From contig CAMZOE010000065.1 of assembly GCA_947330515.1 (NCBI GenBank), forward strand, positions 1,526 to 65,525: a stretch of DNA of 64,000 nt, in the 5' to 3' direction. Positions within the stretch are counted from its first letter, which is position 1, and every line of letters begins with the position of its first letter. Positions 24,889 through 36,694 of this stretch are shown one piece after another. The position numbers and the translations under genes are program-made. Source of the DNA: an uncultured Mycoplasmataceae bacterium. GTDB taxonomy: Bacteria > Bacillota_I > Bacilli_A > Mycoplasmatales > Hepatoplasmataceae. The notes below the pieces were generated by a model. It did no database searches, was not told the DNA's origin, and saw nothing but the letters and a program-made list of their open reading frames with translations.

Positions 24889-26277
24889 ATGAAACAAGAA
24901 AATATTAATTCAAATGTTGATAATGTAGATAACAATATATATATATTTGAATTAAGTGAAAATAAAAAATCCATTACTACTAAAATAAAAACTTTAAAAG
25001 AAAATAATGTTGATTATTTAACTTTAGAAACAAAAGTTTCAAAAACAAATTTAATGAATGAATTATCTAAAGATGAATCAGAAATTCATACAGAAGAATT
25101 TAATTTGATAAAAGAACAACATGAAGATACAAAAGAAATCGTAGAGTATAAAGAAAACAAAAAAAATAAAGAAAACATAGTTGAAACTAATGATGCTTTA
25201 ATTGATAAAATTTTTGATGATGAAAATGAAATTTTTATCGAAGAAATTGAAAACAATGAAAAAGAAAAAAATTTCCAAAAATCAATGGAAGATTTCTTTT
25301 CTTTTTTCAAGAATAAAAAAAATCAAAAATCAAATGATCAAGAATCTTCAAAATTAGAAGAAGAAAATAATCTTTTTGATATTGATTCATCAAATAATAA
25401 AGGTTCAGTTAAATACATTAAAAACTATCGTAAAAATAGAATTAAATTTGAAAAAAACGAACAGAAGTTAAAAATAAAAAATGCTGTTGATGCTAAAGAA
25501 AAACAAAAGTTAAAAAAAGAATTTAAAGATAAATTTGTTTTAGGTAAAGAAAAAAATACTGATGATAACATTATTGAATTGGAAAATGTTAATAAGTATT
25601 ATTTTACTTCTGGAAGATATGAAAGAATTCTTAAAGGGATTAATTTAAAAATTCCTCGTGGAAAATTTGTTTTAATTCTTGGACATTCAGGTTCAGGAAA
25701 AACAACTTTATTAAATGTTATTTCTGGATTAGATTCTGCAGAAGACGGTAATATAATTGTTGAAAATCACAATCTATTTTATTTAAATGATAATAGAAGA
25801 ATAAAATTTAGAGCAGATTACCTATCTTTTGTATTTCAACAATATAATTTAATTTCAACTCTTACAATTGTTGAAAATATAAAAATTGGTTCTAATTTAA
25901 GAAGAAAAGATGCAGAAGAAATTTTAATTCCGGAAATATTAGAAAATTTAGGGCTTACTGAACAAGCAAATAAATATCCTTATCAATTATCTGGTGGACA
26001 ACAACAAAGAGTTTCTATTGCAAGAGCTCTTGCAAAAAATCCAAAAATATTATTCGCTGATGAACCTACTGGTGCTCTTGATGAAGAAAGAGGGAGAGAA
26101 ACAATTAAACTTCTTCTTGATATAAATAAAAAATATAATACAACTTTAATAGTTGTTACTCATAATCCTAATTTAGCTATAGTTGCAGATATTATTTTAA
26201 AAGTTAAAGATGGAAGAATTGATGAATATATAGTCAATGAAAATAAAGTAGATGATGTTACTAAAATTAAGTGATAA
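24889..26277 (+). CDS. ABC transporter ATP-binding protein (MacB/FtsE/LolD-like cassette) with a ~225-aa low-complexity N-terminal extension
   Basis: Walker A is GHSGSGKTTL, the signature is LSGGQQQRV, and Walker B is LFADEPTGALD. The N-terminal 225 aa are rich in K, E and N and carry no recognisable motif. The protein ends ...TKIKW with TAA at 26275. Confidence 0.85.
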
Positions 26278-26301
26278 AAAAAGCGTGAAAAGGAAAGTAA
26301 A

Positions 26302-27780
26302 ATGAAATATAACGAACAGCAACAAATAAGAAGTGAAAAAGTAAAAGAATTAAAAAAACTTCTTCCAAATTATTCTTATGAATATAAAATCGCTCAAAAT
26401 AATTCTTTAGATTTAGAAAAAGAATATAGTTCTTTCAATAAAGAAGAATTAGAAGAGATGAAAGTAAAAGCATCAATAATGGGAAGAATTAAAACAATTC
26501 GTGGTCAAGGGAAAACCATGTTTCTTACTATGGATGATGAATTTGGATCAATGCAAGTTTATTTAAGAAAAGATGCGATGTCAGAAAAAGATTGAATGAT
26601 AGTAAAATTATTCGATTTAGGAGATATGGTTTATTTTGAAGGAACATTAATGAAAACACATACTAATGCTCTTACTTTGAGAGCATTAGAGATTACTTTT
26701 ATTATTAAATCAATTTCTCCTTTACCAGAAAAATTTCACGGATTAAAAGATGAAGAAGAAATTTCTAGAAGAAGATATGTTGACTTGATTATGTCAAAAG
26801 ATTCTAGAGATCGTTTTAAAATAAGATCACAAATTCTTAATGAAATTAGAAAGTATCTTTCTGAAAAAGGGTTTCTTGAATTTGAAACTCCAATTCTTCA
26901 TTCAATTTTAGGAGGAGCAGCTGCTAAACCTTTTATTACTCATCATAATGCTCTTGGAGAAGATTTTTATTTAAGGATTGCTCCTGAACTATATTTAAAA
27001 CGTTTAATTGTAGGTGGGTTTCCAAAAGTTTTCGAAATGGGAAAACTATTTAGAAATGAAGGAATATCATATAAACATAATCCTGAATTCACATCTTTAG
27101 AAACTTATGAAGCTTTTGCAGATTATAAAGATGCTTTAAATTTAGCACAATCAATTATTAATCATTTAGCTAAAGAAATTTTAGGTACAGAAGAGATTGA
27201 ATATAATGATCAAAAGATTTCTTTAAAACTTCCATTCAAACAAGAAAAAATGAGTACGTTAGTAAAAGAAATTACTGGAGTTGATTTCGAAGAAATAACT
27301 TTTGAAGAAGCAAAAATTGCTGCAAAAAAACATGATGTTCCTCTTGAAAAACATTATTCAACTAAAGGATATATTTTAAATGCTTTCTTTGAAGAAAAAG
27401 TGGAAGATAAATTAATTCAACCAACCTTTGTTATTGGTTATCCAGTTGAAGTTTCTCCTTTAGCAAAACTTTCTCATGGATCAACAGAAATAACAGACCG
27501 TTTTGAATTGTTTATTGGTGCAAGAGAATATGCAAATGGATTTAGTGAATTAAATGATTCTGAACAACAATATGAACGTTTTTTAGAGCAACTTAAAGAA
27601 AAAGAATTAGGAAATGATGAAGCAACTGAGATGGATAAAGATTATATTGAAGCACTTCAATATGGTTTACCACCAACTGCAGGATTAGGAATAGGAATTG
27701 ATCGCTTAGTGATGCTTTTAACAAATTCAAAATCAATAAGAGAAGTTCTTTTATTTCCGACTTTAAAATCAAAAAAATAA
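26302..27780 (+). CDS. lysS: Lysyl-tRNA synthetase (class II)
   Basis: Two in-frame track ORFs are joined by TGA at 26593. Motif 2 is FRNEG and motif 3 is GLGIGIDRLVMLLT. Confidence 0.95.
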
Positions 27781-27782
27781 TT

Positions 27783-28667
27783 ATGAAAAAACCAAAAACT
27801 TATAAAGAAAAATTTAATCGAATAAAAACTCAAAATTTATATTGAGAATTTGTGAATTTATTAGAAAATAAATTAAGAAATGATTTTAATTTATTAAAGG
27901 TTAATATTCCTTCATTTTCAAAAATAAATAATTTTATCAAAGAAAGTTCTTTCAAAGAAGAATTTGGTAGAAAAATAACATTTGATTCAATTAATGATTA
28001 TGAAATCTATTCTTTGTTGACATCAAAAAAATTTGAACTTTTTGAAATTTTATTATCTTTATTTGATTTCAACGATTTTCTTACTAGTAGATATTTAGGA
28101 TTATTTACAGAAATTAATAAAATTGAAAGAGATAAAGAAGTAGAAAACATTTTAGAAGTAGAAACTAAGAATTTTGAAATTTTAATTTCTGTTGATATAA
28201 AAGAAAAAATAGATGCTAAAATTATTACTTTCGATTTTTATTCAATTATTTTTGATTTTTTAAATAATGTAGTAAATAAAAATGATGATGATTTTTATAA
28301 GTTATCTTTACCAACAGATATTAAAATTTTTTATGAAGAAAAAGAAATGTATAAATGATTAAACTTTTCAAAAGAAGAAATTAAAAAAAACTTACTTCAA
28401 AAAAATGGTATTATCTTATGACAAGAAAAAAATAAAACAAAATATGAATTATTAGTCCTTTCTTCAGTTACCAATGAAATAAAAACGTTTTTCACTATAG
28501 AAAGACTTGAAAAAAATATGTATGGTAGACTCCTTAAGAACAAAACAGAAAAATTAAAAGAAAGACTAGAAACAAACAAATATTTTTTTATCTCCCTAAA
28601 TATTGATGAAATTATGTTTGTTCTTTTAGAGAAATTTTCTACAAAAGAATTATTCTCTTTGTTTTAA
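27783..28667 (+). CDS. Hypothetical protein (294 aa); weak by-eye resemblance to aspartate-ammonia ligase (AsnA, class II aaRS-like fold) with the catalytic motifs eroded
   Basis: ATG lies 2 nt after the lysS stop. Track ORF 27852..28358 is extended in frame on both sides through TGA codons. See the finding for the segment-by-segment resemblance. Confidence 0.5.
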
Positions 28668-28762
28668 AGTTATTTTATTTTATAATTTAGAAGTAATTTA
28701 ATATAAATTACCTGTTTAATAAATAAAGTATTAAACTGATTCCGGAGGAGAATTTTATTAAA

Positions 28763-29110
28763 ATGAGAAAGTATGAATTTTTATTAATCATTAAACCTAA
28801 TTTAGATTCAGAAGTACAAAAAAAATTCGTTGAAGAATTTGAAAAACGTATTGATGGAAATATTGTTAACAAAGAAGAATGAGGTAAGAGAGCTTTAGCT
28901 TACCCAATTAAAAAAGAACTTGAAGCGTATTATATTCTTTATTATATTGAAGCAGATCCTGAAAAAGTCATTTCAACAAGAGAATGAATGAATATTAAAA
29001 AAGAACTTTTAAGATCAATGGTGTTAGTTCATGAGAAAAAATGACCATTTGAAATGAAAACTTCAAAACAACTAAAATTCCCAGAAAGAAAACCAAGAAG
29101 AAATGCTTAA
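28763..29110 (+). CDS. rpsF: 30S ribosomal protein S6
   Basis: Hand translation gives MRKYEFLLIIKPNLDSE...WGKRALAYPIKK with 3 TGA codons, so there is no track ORF. GGAGGAG lies upstream. It sits in the rpsF-ssb-rpsR operon. Confidence 0.92.
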
Positions 29111-29567
29111 TAAAGTCATTTTAATTGGAAGACTTACTGCAGATATAGAATTAAGACATTCAAACGATCAAGTACCATATTGCTATTTTACTTTAGCTGT
29201 TAATAGACCAAGAAATAAGGATAAAACAGATTTTATTCCTTGTGTTGCGTTTAGACAAACTGCTGAATTAATGAAAAGATATTTAGGTAAAGGATCATTA
29301 ATTTCACTAGAAGGTAGAATGGAAGTTTATTCTACACAAAAAAATGGTGAATACAATACAAGAATTAATGTTGTAACAGATACAATTAATTTTTTAGATT
29401 CAAGAAATAGTAATAATAATCAAAATACTAATTCTAATTTAGATAACAACAGTTTATCATTTGCAAATGAATCTAAAAAAATAGAAAATAATGAACAAGT
29501 TTCAAAAACTAATAATGAAGATTCTGAAGAAGAATTTGATTTTGATAATTTTGAAATAGAAATTTAA
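29103..29567 (+). CDS. ssb: Single-stranded DNA-binding protein
   Basis: The protein begins MLNKVILIGRLTADIELR, which is an OB fold. The tail is acidic and ends DFDNFEIEI. Confidence 0.92.
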   Translation: MLNKVILIGRLTADIELRHSNDQVPYCYFTLAVNRPRNKDKTDFIPCVAFRQTAELMKRYLGKGSLISLEGRMEVYSTQKNGEYNTRINVVTDTINFLDSRNSNNNQNTNSNLDNNSLSFANESKKIENNEQVSKTNNEDSEEEFDFDNFEIEI

Positions 29568-29587
29568 GTAGAAGATAAGGAATTATT

Positions 29588-29851
29588 ATGCCAAGAACAT
29601 CTAGAAATACAAAAACAAAAAAGAAACCTTTTTATGTTTCTAAATCTAAAAAATGTTTATTTACTGAACAAGAGATAGAATACATAGATTATAAAGATGT
29701 AGAAATTTTATTAAGATTTGTATCATCTGCAAATGGAAAAATTTTACCAAGAAGAATTACAGGAACTTCAGCTAAATATCAAAGAAAACTTGCAAAAGCG
29801 ATAAAACAATCTCGTGAAGCAGGATTAATTCCATTTGTAAAAGAATCATAA
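29588..29851 (+). CDS. rpsR: 30S ribosomal protein S18
   Basis: The sequence contains [44 protein letters not shown]. Confidence 0.93.
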   Translation: MPRTSRNTKTKKKPFYVSKSKKCLFTEQEIEYIDYKDVEILLRFVSSANGKILPRRITGTSAKYQRKLAKAIKQSREAGLIPFVKES

Positions 29852-29863
29852 TTAAAAAAATTT

Positions 29864-29897
29864 AAAAAAACACAACATAATGTTGTGTTTTTTTTAT
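29864..29897 (+). terminator. Rho-independent terminator after rpsR
   Basis: Stem AAACACAACA / TGTTGTGTTT with a 3-nt loop and a T-run. Confidence 0.65.
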
Positions 29898-29967
29898 TAT
29901 TTGAACTTTTAAGAATATTTAAGTAACAAACCATTGCTATTATCTTTATTTTTAGTATAATTTTAGT

Positions 29968-31947
29968 ATGAATTTTTTTAGAAAAAACGGTTTACTAATA
30001 TTTTTAATTATTGGTAATTTAATTTTATGAATTTTATTTCCTATTATAATAATAATGCTTAAAAAAGGAGGACATAATATTGATTTGTTTGTGTCTATCT
30101 TAATATTAATTTTTTTAGCTACTTTTGGTTCGGTAGGATCTTTTTTATATTTTAATAAATACAAAAAAGCAAAAAGAGAAAAACAAAGTCCATTTGATGA
30201 AATTTTATTTGAAGAATTATGAGATTATCAAAAAATGGGACTTATTTATATAGATAAAAGAAATAATGTTTCAAGAATTTCTTCTTTTTTAGAAGAAAAC
30301 GATTTTTCTTTTTTTATTGGTAAGGATGTTAATTTTTTCAAAAATATTGCCAAATTAAAAACAATAGATTTAAATTTTAATGACAGAATATGACAATTAA
30401 CTTATTATGAAAATTTAAATTTTATTTTTGTTTTAGATAAAACTAATGAATTTATTTTGGAAAAAATTGTTGATTCCAAATTTATGTCAATGCGTGTAAA
30501 AATGATTGTTAGAGATATTGAACTTTATGATTCTTTTAAATTATCAGCAATTTTAAATGATATATGGGTTATTCTTTCTAATTTTTTTAAAAACCAAGAT
30601 GGATTTTTCATTGAAACTTTTAACAATACTGCTTTTGGACTTGTTAGTATTGAGAAAGAAAAAACTTTTATTGATGTTTTAAAAACTTCACTTAAAAAAA
30701 TAGAATTAATAATTGAAGAACAAGAAATACCAATTAATTATGCAGTTGGACTTTCTTTTTCAGGAAAAGAAAATTTTAAAACATTAAATTCTAATTCCTT
30801 AGAAGCATTACAAGCTGCTGAAACAAAAGGGATTAATCAAATAGCGATGAAAAAAACAGATAAAGATATTTCTTTTTTAACTAATGGTTATTCTGATTCG
30901 CGTCTTAAAAGTAATTTATCAATTTCTTTTGTTAATAGATTATACGATTCTTTAATGGTTGCTGACAAAGTTTTTATCTCAACTCATAGTGAAGCTGATT
31001 TAGATGCTTTTGGTTCTGTAATTGGAATGTATGAATTTGTAAAATCATTAGGAAAAGAAGCTAAGATTTTTATTAAAACTATGGATAAAACAACTTTTGT
31101 TGCTTCATCAAAAAAATATCGTGATTATAATAATGTTATTATTGATGATATTTCAAAAAATGATATTACTTCTAAGAGTGTGTTAATTGTTACTGATGTA
31201 TCAAAAGAAAATATTCTTCAAAAAGAAAATTTCTTAAATTATTTTGATCAATTAAATATTTTTATAATTGATCATCATGAAGCAATTAATAATGAAATTG
31301 ATATTTATGAATGTAATAAATTCATTGTTCAAAAATATTCTTCAGCATCTGAAATGGTAACCGAATTAATAAGAATTTTTGAAAAAGATGATAATAAAAT
31401 TATTAACGATAATATTGCTAATATTTTATTATCTGGAATTTTTCTTGATACTAATTATTTACAAACTAATGCAAATGAACATACATTTAATACAGTGGGT
31501 TGATTAGTTAAAAATGGTGGAGAAATTTCTTCTGTTAAATCATTTCTTGAACCACCTAAATTTGATTTAGAACAATACTCAAATATTATTTCAAATATTA
31601 AAATTATAAATAATCATTTAATTTCTTTTTTAGATGAAAAATATATCATTAATAATGATCAAGTTTCTATTTTTGCAGATGAACTATTGGAATTCAAACA
31701 AATTTATACAGTTTTCTTTGTTGCCAAAATTGCTAATGATAAATTTAAAGCATCATTAAGAAAAACAAAAAAATCAGAAATTAACATTGTAAAAATCGCT
31801 GAGCGTTTACATGGTGGTGGAAAAGAAAATTCTGCAGCAATCGAATTTAAAATCAATAATGATGAAAAAATAAATAGTGTTATTGAAAAAATTGAAGATG
31901 TTTTTCAAGAAGAGTATCAATTAAGGAATGAAGTAAAAAATGACTAA
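29968..31947 (+). CDS. gdpP: GdpP-type cyclic-di-AMP phosphodiesterase (2 TM, PAS-like/degenerate GGDEF region, DHH/DHHA1)
   Basis: ATG at 29968. There are two N-terminal TM helices. Three in-frame pieces are joined by TGA codons. The DHH motifs are HSEADLDAFGS and IIDHHE. The DHHA1 motif reads GGGKENSAA, so the usual GGGH histidine is replaced by K. Confidence 0.85.
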
Positions 31948-33331
31948 TTTAAGAAATAATAATGAAAAAATTTTATTAACAGAAGAAGCTTTAATTGGAT
32001 TAGTTTTAAAAAAAGCAACTCTTTTTTTCGAAGTCGAACCATTACTTTCAGAAAATGATTTTATTTCCCCAAAGATAATTTCAATTTATATTGCACTTAT
32101 TTTAAATAAAGATAATATAAATGATAATGAAAGTTTTAATCTTCTTGAGATTGCTGAAAAAGCAAAAAATGAATTTGTTACATTGGTAACTTTGAAAGAA
32201 AATAAAAATAATAGTAATTTTATTAATAATGAAGCAATGAAATGAACCACTAAAGATTGGTATGATTATCTTACTTTTTTGGTTTTTTCTGCAGGGTATG
32301 AATCATATTTAGATAATTACATCAAAGACATTAAAGAATATCAAAGAATTAGAAGATTTCAAGAAATTTTATTTTCTTCTACAAACACTAGCGATAAAGA
32401 AAATTCAATGAATTTGATTTCTTCATTGCAAGATAAGTTATTGGAGTTAGCAAGAGACATCGAAGTAAAACATTTTGTTGAAATTGATGAATTTGCTGAT
32501 GAGTTTTATGAAAAACTTATTAATCAAGCAATTAACAATGATAGTTTAAAAACTCATATTCCTTCTCTTGATACAGTTATTAATGGATTTTCACCTGGTG
32601 ATTTTGTTATTTTAGCTGCTAGACCTTCAATGGGAAAAACTGCTTTTGCTTTAGAACTTACAAAAAAAATTGCAAGAAAAAAAAACGTTGCTTTTTTTTC
32701 TATTGAAATGCCTAACGAACAATTATTACAAAGATTAATTGCTTCTGATTCCGGAACATTTTTAAATAAAATTAAAAATTATTCTTCACTAACATCTCAA
32801 CAAAAAAGTTCAATTGAGACAGCGGTAGAATCTATAAAAAATTTAAATTTATGGTTAGATGATACTCCCGGAATCAGATTAAATGAGTTAGTTTGAAAAG
32901 CAAGAAAATTAAATTCAATGCATAAATTAGATATAATTTTTATTGACTATTTACAATTAATAGAATTAGATCGTTATCAAGAAAATAGGACTCAACAAGT
33001 TTCAATAATTTCGAGAACATTGAAAGCGCTCGCAAGAGAGCTTAAATTACCTATTATCGCATTATCTCAATTATCAAGAAAATTAGAATCAAGAGAAGAT
33101 AAACGTCCGATAATGTCAGACATTAGAGAATCAGGTTCAATAGAACAAGATGCTGATCTTATTATGTTTTTATATCGTGATAATTATTATCGTAAAAAAG
33201 AAGAATACAGGGAAGGAAATTTACAAGAAGAAATAGAAGTAATTATTTCAAAACATCGTAACGGACCAACTGGAGTAGTTAAATTAGAGTTTGATCCTTC
33301 AATTGGTACATTTGAAGATAGTAAAGAATAA
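31940..33331 (+). CDS. dnaB: Replicative DNA helicase DnaB
   Basis: Three in-frame pieces join into one ORF. Motifs are [13 protein letters not shown] (Walker A), [10 protein letters not shown] (Walker B), [17 protein letters not shown] and KHRNGPTG. It overlaps the gdpP stop by 8 nt. Confidence 0.93.
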
Positions 33332-33366
33332 TTCATTTTTTCTTTGTTTTAATGTAAAATTATTTT

Positions 33367-33594
33367 ATGGAAGCAATTGCAATACTTTTATTAGTGACAT
33401 CAATTTTATTGATAGTCCTAATATATATACAATCTGGAAAAGTAAAAAATTTAGGAAGTTCAATTGTTGGAATCAAAAATGTTGAACTTTTTGAAACTAC
33501 AAAAAAGAGAGGTTTTGAAAGAATAATATTTTGATCAACGATTTTTCTAATAATATTATTTTTTGTTTTTTCACTCGTTTTATTTTTAGTCTAG
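33367..33594 (+). CDS. secG: Preprotein translocase subunit SecG (75 aa)
   Basis: Hand translation gives MEAIAILLLVTSILLIVLIYIQSGKVKNLGSSIVG...WSTIFLIILFFVFSLVLFLV. That is two TM helices plus the QSGKxxGLG-type loop. It sits in the conserved position before rnr-smpB-ssrA. Confidence 0.75.
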
Positions 33595-33649
33595 CGATGT
33601 TTTAACTCAGCGATAATTAAAGATAAAATTTTTAACAAAAAGGAATTTA

Positions 33650-35812
33650 ATGAAAAAAGAAATTATAGAATTGATCACAAAGAAACCTTCATCTTTTAAG
33701 GAAATAAGAGATGTATTAGGAATAAGAGATTATAATCAAAGTAAGAATTTAAATTCTTTACTTTCTACTTTAGTAAAAGAACAAAAAATTTATTATCGCT
33801 ACAAAGAAGAAAAGTATTATCTTAAAGATAGTAATTTTTATTTAGGTGAATTCATTGAAACAAGACACGCATATTCTTTTATTAAAGTAGAGAATAATGA
33901 AACTAAAGAAGAAATTTCTTATTTTAATCCGAAAAGGTTTTCTTTGAATGCTCTTGATGGAGATATAGTAAGATTTAAATTAATTTCATCAACTAATTCA
34001 AAAGGTGAAGAATCTCAAATAGCAAAAGTACTTCGAATTGTAAAAAGAAATGGAAGAAGTACTTTAGGTGAAGTTTTCTTTGATAATAAATTAAACTTTT
34101 GAACTTTAAAAACTGTAGAACAATTTCAAAAACACACATATAAAATCATTAATCCAAAAGGACTAGATGAAGGAAATTTTGTTAGTGTTAAATTTGATGA
34201 TTACATCGAAGGAATTATTTATGTAAAAGTTGAAGAGAAAATAGCAAAAAAATTTAATGCGTTAATAGATCATCGTTATGTAATGAAAAGATATTCAAAA
34301 GAAATCGAATTTCCTAATGATGTAAAAGAATTAGATATTGAAAAAATAACTAATAATCTTAAAGAAAGAACTAATAGGATTGACTTAAGTAATGAATTAA
34401 CATATACCATTGATGGAATAAAATCTAAAGATTTAGATGATGCTGTTAGTATTAAGGAAAAAGAAAATAGTTTTATTTTAATGGTTCATATTGCAGATGT
34501 TTCTTATTTTGTCCCTAAAGGTTCAATATTAGATCTTGAAGCTAAAAAAAGAAGCAATTCTATCTATTTAATCGATTTTGTTAATCCAATGTTACCAAGA
34601 ATTCTTTCTAATGATTTGTGTTCGTTAAATCCAAACGTTCAAAAGAAAACTATGACAGTTGAAATGGAAATTTCAAAAGTTGATGGTAAACTTTTAAACT
34701 ATAAAATTTTCCCTTCAATAATAGTTTCTAATCATCGTTTAGTTTATGAAGAAGTAGATAAATTTTTAAAAGGTGATACTTCTATTTTTGAAGATAAAAA
34801 TCTTCAAGACTCACTATACATGATTAAAAAGTTAGCAAGGATTTTAAGAGAGAAAAAAATTAATTCTGGAATGATTGATTTTGAATTACCTGAAACAATT
34901 ATTAAAATTGATGAAAATAAAGAACCAATTTCAATTACAAGTAAATATCAAACCGAATCAGAAAAAATTATCGAAGATTTAATGGTAGTTACTAATGAAA
35001 CAGTTGCTTTATTTTTAGAAAAAAATAAAGCATATTCAATTTTTAGAATTCATGAACAACCTGATCAAGAAAAGCTTGATGCATTAAAATTATTTTCTAA
35101 AACAGTTTATTCTGAAGATAATTTCAAAGATCCAAAGGATTATCAAAAAATTTTAGAGTTTATTAATAATAATGAAAATATTACTTCTAAAGATTTAGCT
35201 AATTATATAAAAGTTATTGACACATTAGAAAATCATATTTTCTTAAAAGTTAATTTAATTCAAACAATGGAAAAGGCACGTTATGAAGTTCAAAATAAAG
35301 GACATTATGCTTTAGGGTTAAATCATTATTTACATTTTACTTCACCAATTAGACGTTATCCAGATTTAGTGGTTCATCGTATAATAAACCAAATTTTAGA
35401 AAATAAAAATAATTTTAAACAATCAGAAGAAGAAATTGAAGAACTAAGAACAATTTCTATGAAAGCATCAGAAATTGAAAAAGAAACAATGCAAATAGAA
35501 CGTTCATTAATGGATATTAAAAAAGCTAGATTTCTTAAAAAACTTAAAGAAAAACAATCTATTTTTGTAGGAAGAATAGTAAACATTTTATCTTTTGGAT
35601 TTTTTGTTGATATTGATAACACCTTTCAAGGATTAGTAAGATATGGTGATGATTTTGAAGCAAGTGAAAACAAATTAGAAATCACTAATAAAAAAACAAA
35701 TAAAAAATATAGATTGTATGATAAGGTAACAGTTTCCATTCAAGATATTGTTGTTTCTCAAGGAATGATAGATATGAAGGTAATAGAAGATGAAGTTGAT
35801 ATCAAGCAATAA
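33650..35812 (+). CDS. rnr: Ribonuclease R
   Basis: Two in-frame track ORFs are joined. The RNB signature is HYALGLNHYLHFTSPIRRYPDLVVHR, and a C-terminal S1 domain reads GRIVNILSFGFFVDI. Confidence 0.93.
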
Positions 35813-36221
35813 AAAAGCTTTTCATGATTATGAAATTATTAAAAAATATGAAGCAGGAATTTCTTTTTTTGGTAGTGAAATTAAATCTATTAGAAATTCT
35901 TCACCAACGATGACAGGTTCGTTTGTTATCCTTAACAAAGGTGAAGCATTTTTAATTAACCTTAATATTCCTGATTATAAATTTTCTCCAAAATATTTAA
36001 AACATGATCCCACTAGAAGTAGAAGATTATTATTACATAAAAGAGAAATTAGGAAAATTAATCAACAAGTCAATGAAAAAAGACTTGTTGTTATTCCTTT
36101 AAAATTATATTGAACATCTAATTCATTAATTAAAGTTGAGATTGCAACTGCAAGACCACTTAAAAAATATGATTTAAGAGAAAAGAGTAAAGAAAAATCA
36201 ATCAAACGAAATCAATGATAA
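35790..36221 (+). CDS. smpB: SsrA-binding protein SmpB
   Basis: The sequence contains NKKAFHDYEI..YEAGI.F.GSEIKSIR and RSRRLLLHKREI. It is extended through TGA to TAA at 36219. Confidence 0.92.
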
Positions 36222-36268
36222 AATCATAATTTTGTCATATAATTTAATAGTAATGATACATTACTTTT

Positions 36269-36631
36269 GGGGATGTAAAGGTTTCGACATTATTAGTTTA
36301 GTTTAAATAAGGGGATAATCTCCCTAAATTCAAATAAATGCAGATAACAATGAAGCATTAGTTGATACATTTATGCTAGATTCAGTACAAGGTGCTGAAT
36401 TTGCATATGCATAAAGCATAGCGTAAATTATTTTAATCAACTCTAAAATATTTTGCTTGTAAGACGAAATAATTTTAGTCGGTAAATATCTTACAATATT
36501 TATGGTGATTTAGCAATACCTTAAGTTTGCTTACAATAAATTTATTTAAAAAATAAAAAAATATAATAAAGTTATTTAAACAAATTGGAATTAATATATG
36601 GACCCGGGTTCGATTCCCGGCATCTCCACCA
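36269..36631 (+). ncRNA. ssrA: Transfer-messenger RNA (tmRNA)
   Basis: The 5' end is GGGGATGTAAAGGTTTCGAC. The 3' tRNA-like end is GGACCCGGGTTCGATTCCCGGCATCTCCACCA. The internal tag frame spans 36340..36414 and encodes ADNNEALVDTFMLDSVQGAEFAYA followed by TAA. It lies directly after smpB. Confidence 0.93.
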
Positions 36632-36694
36632 TTTTTTATATAATCAAATTCGATTTTTAATTATATAAAAAATGGATCTTAAAGGAATTAAAAA

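Noticed and set aside
26278-26301. T-box leaders upstream of the aminoacyl-tRNA synthetase genes lysS (here) and serS (4305..4319).
   Set aside because: Both upstream spacers are under 25 nt, and serS abuts gyrA. There is no room for a ~200-nt T-box.
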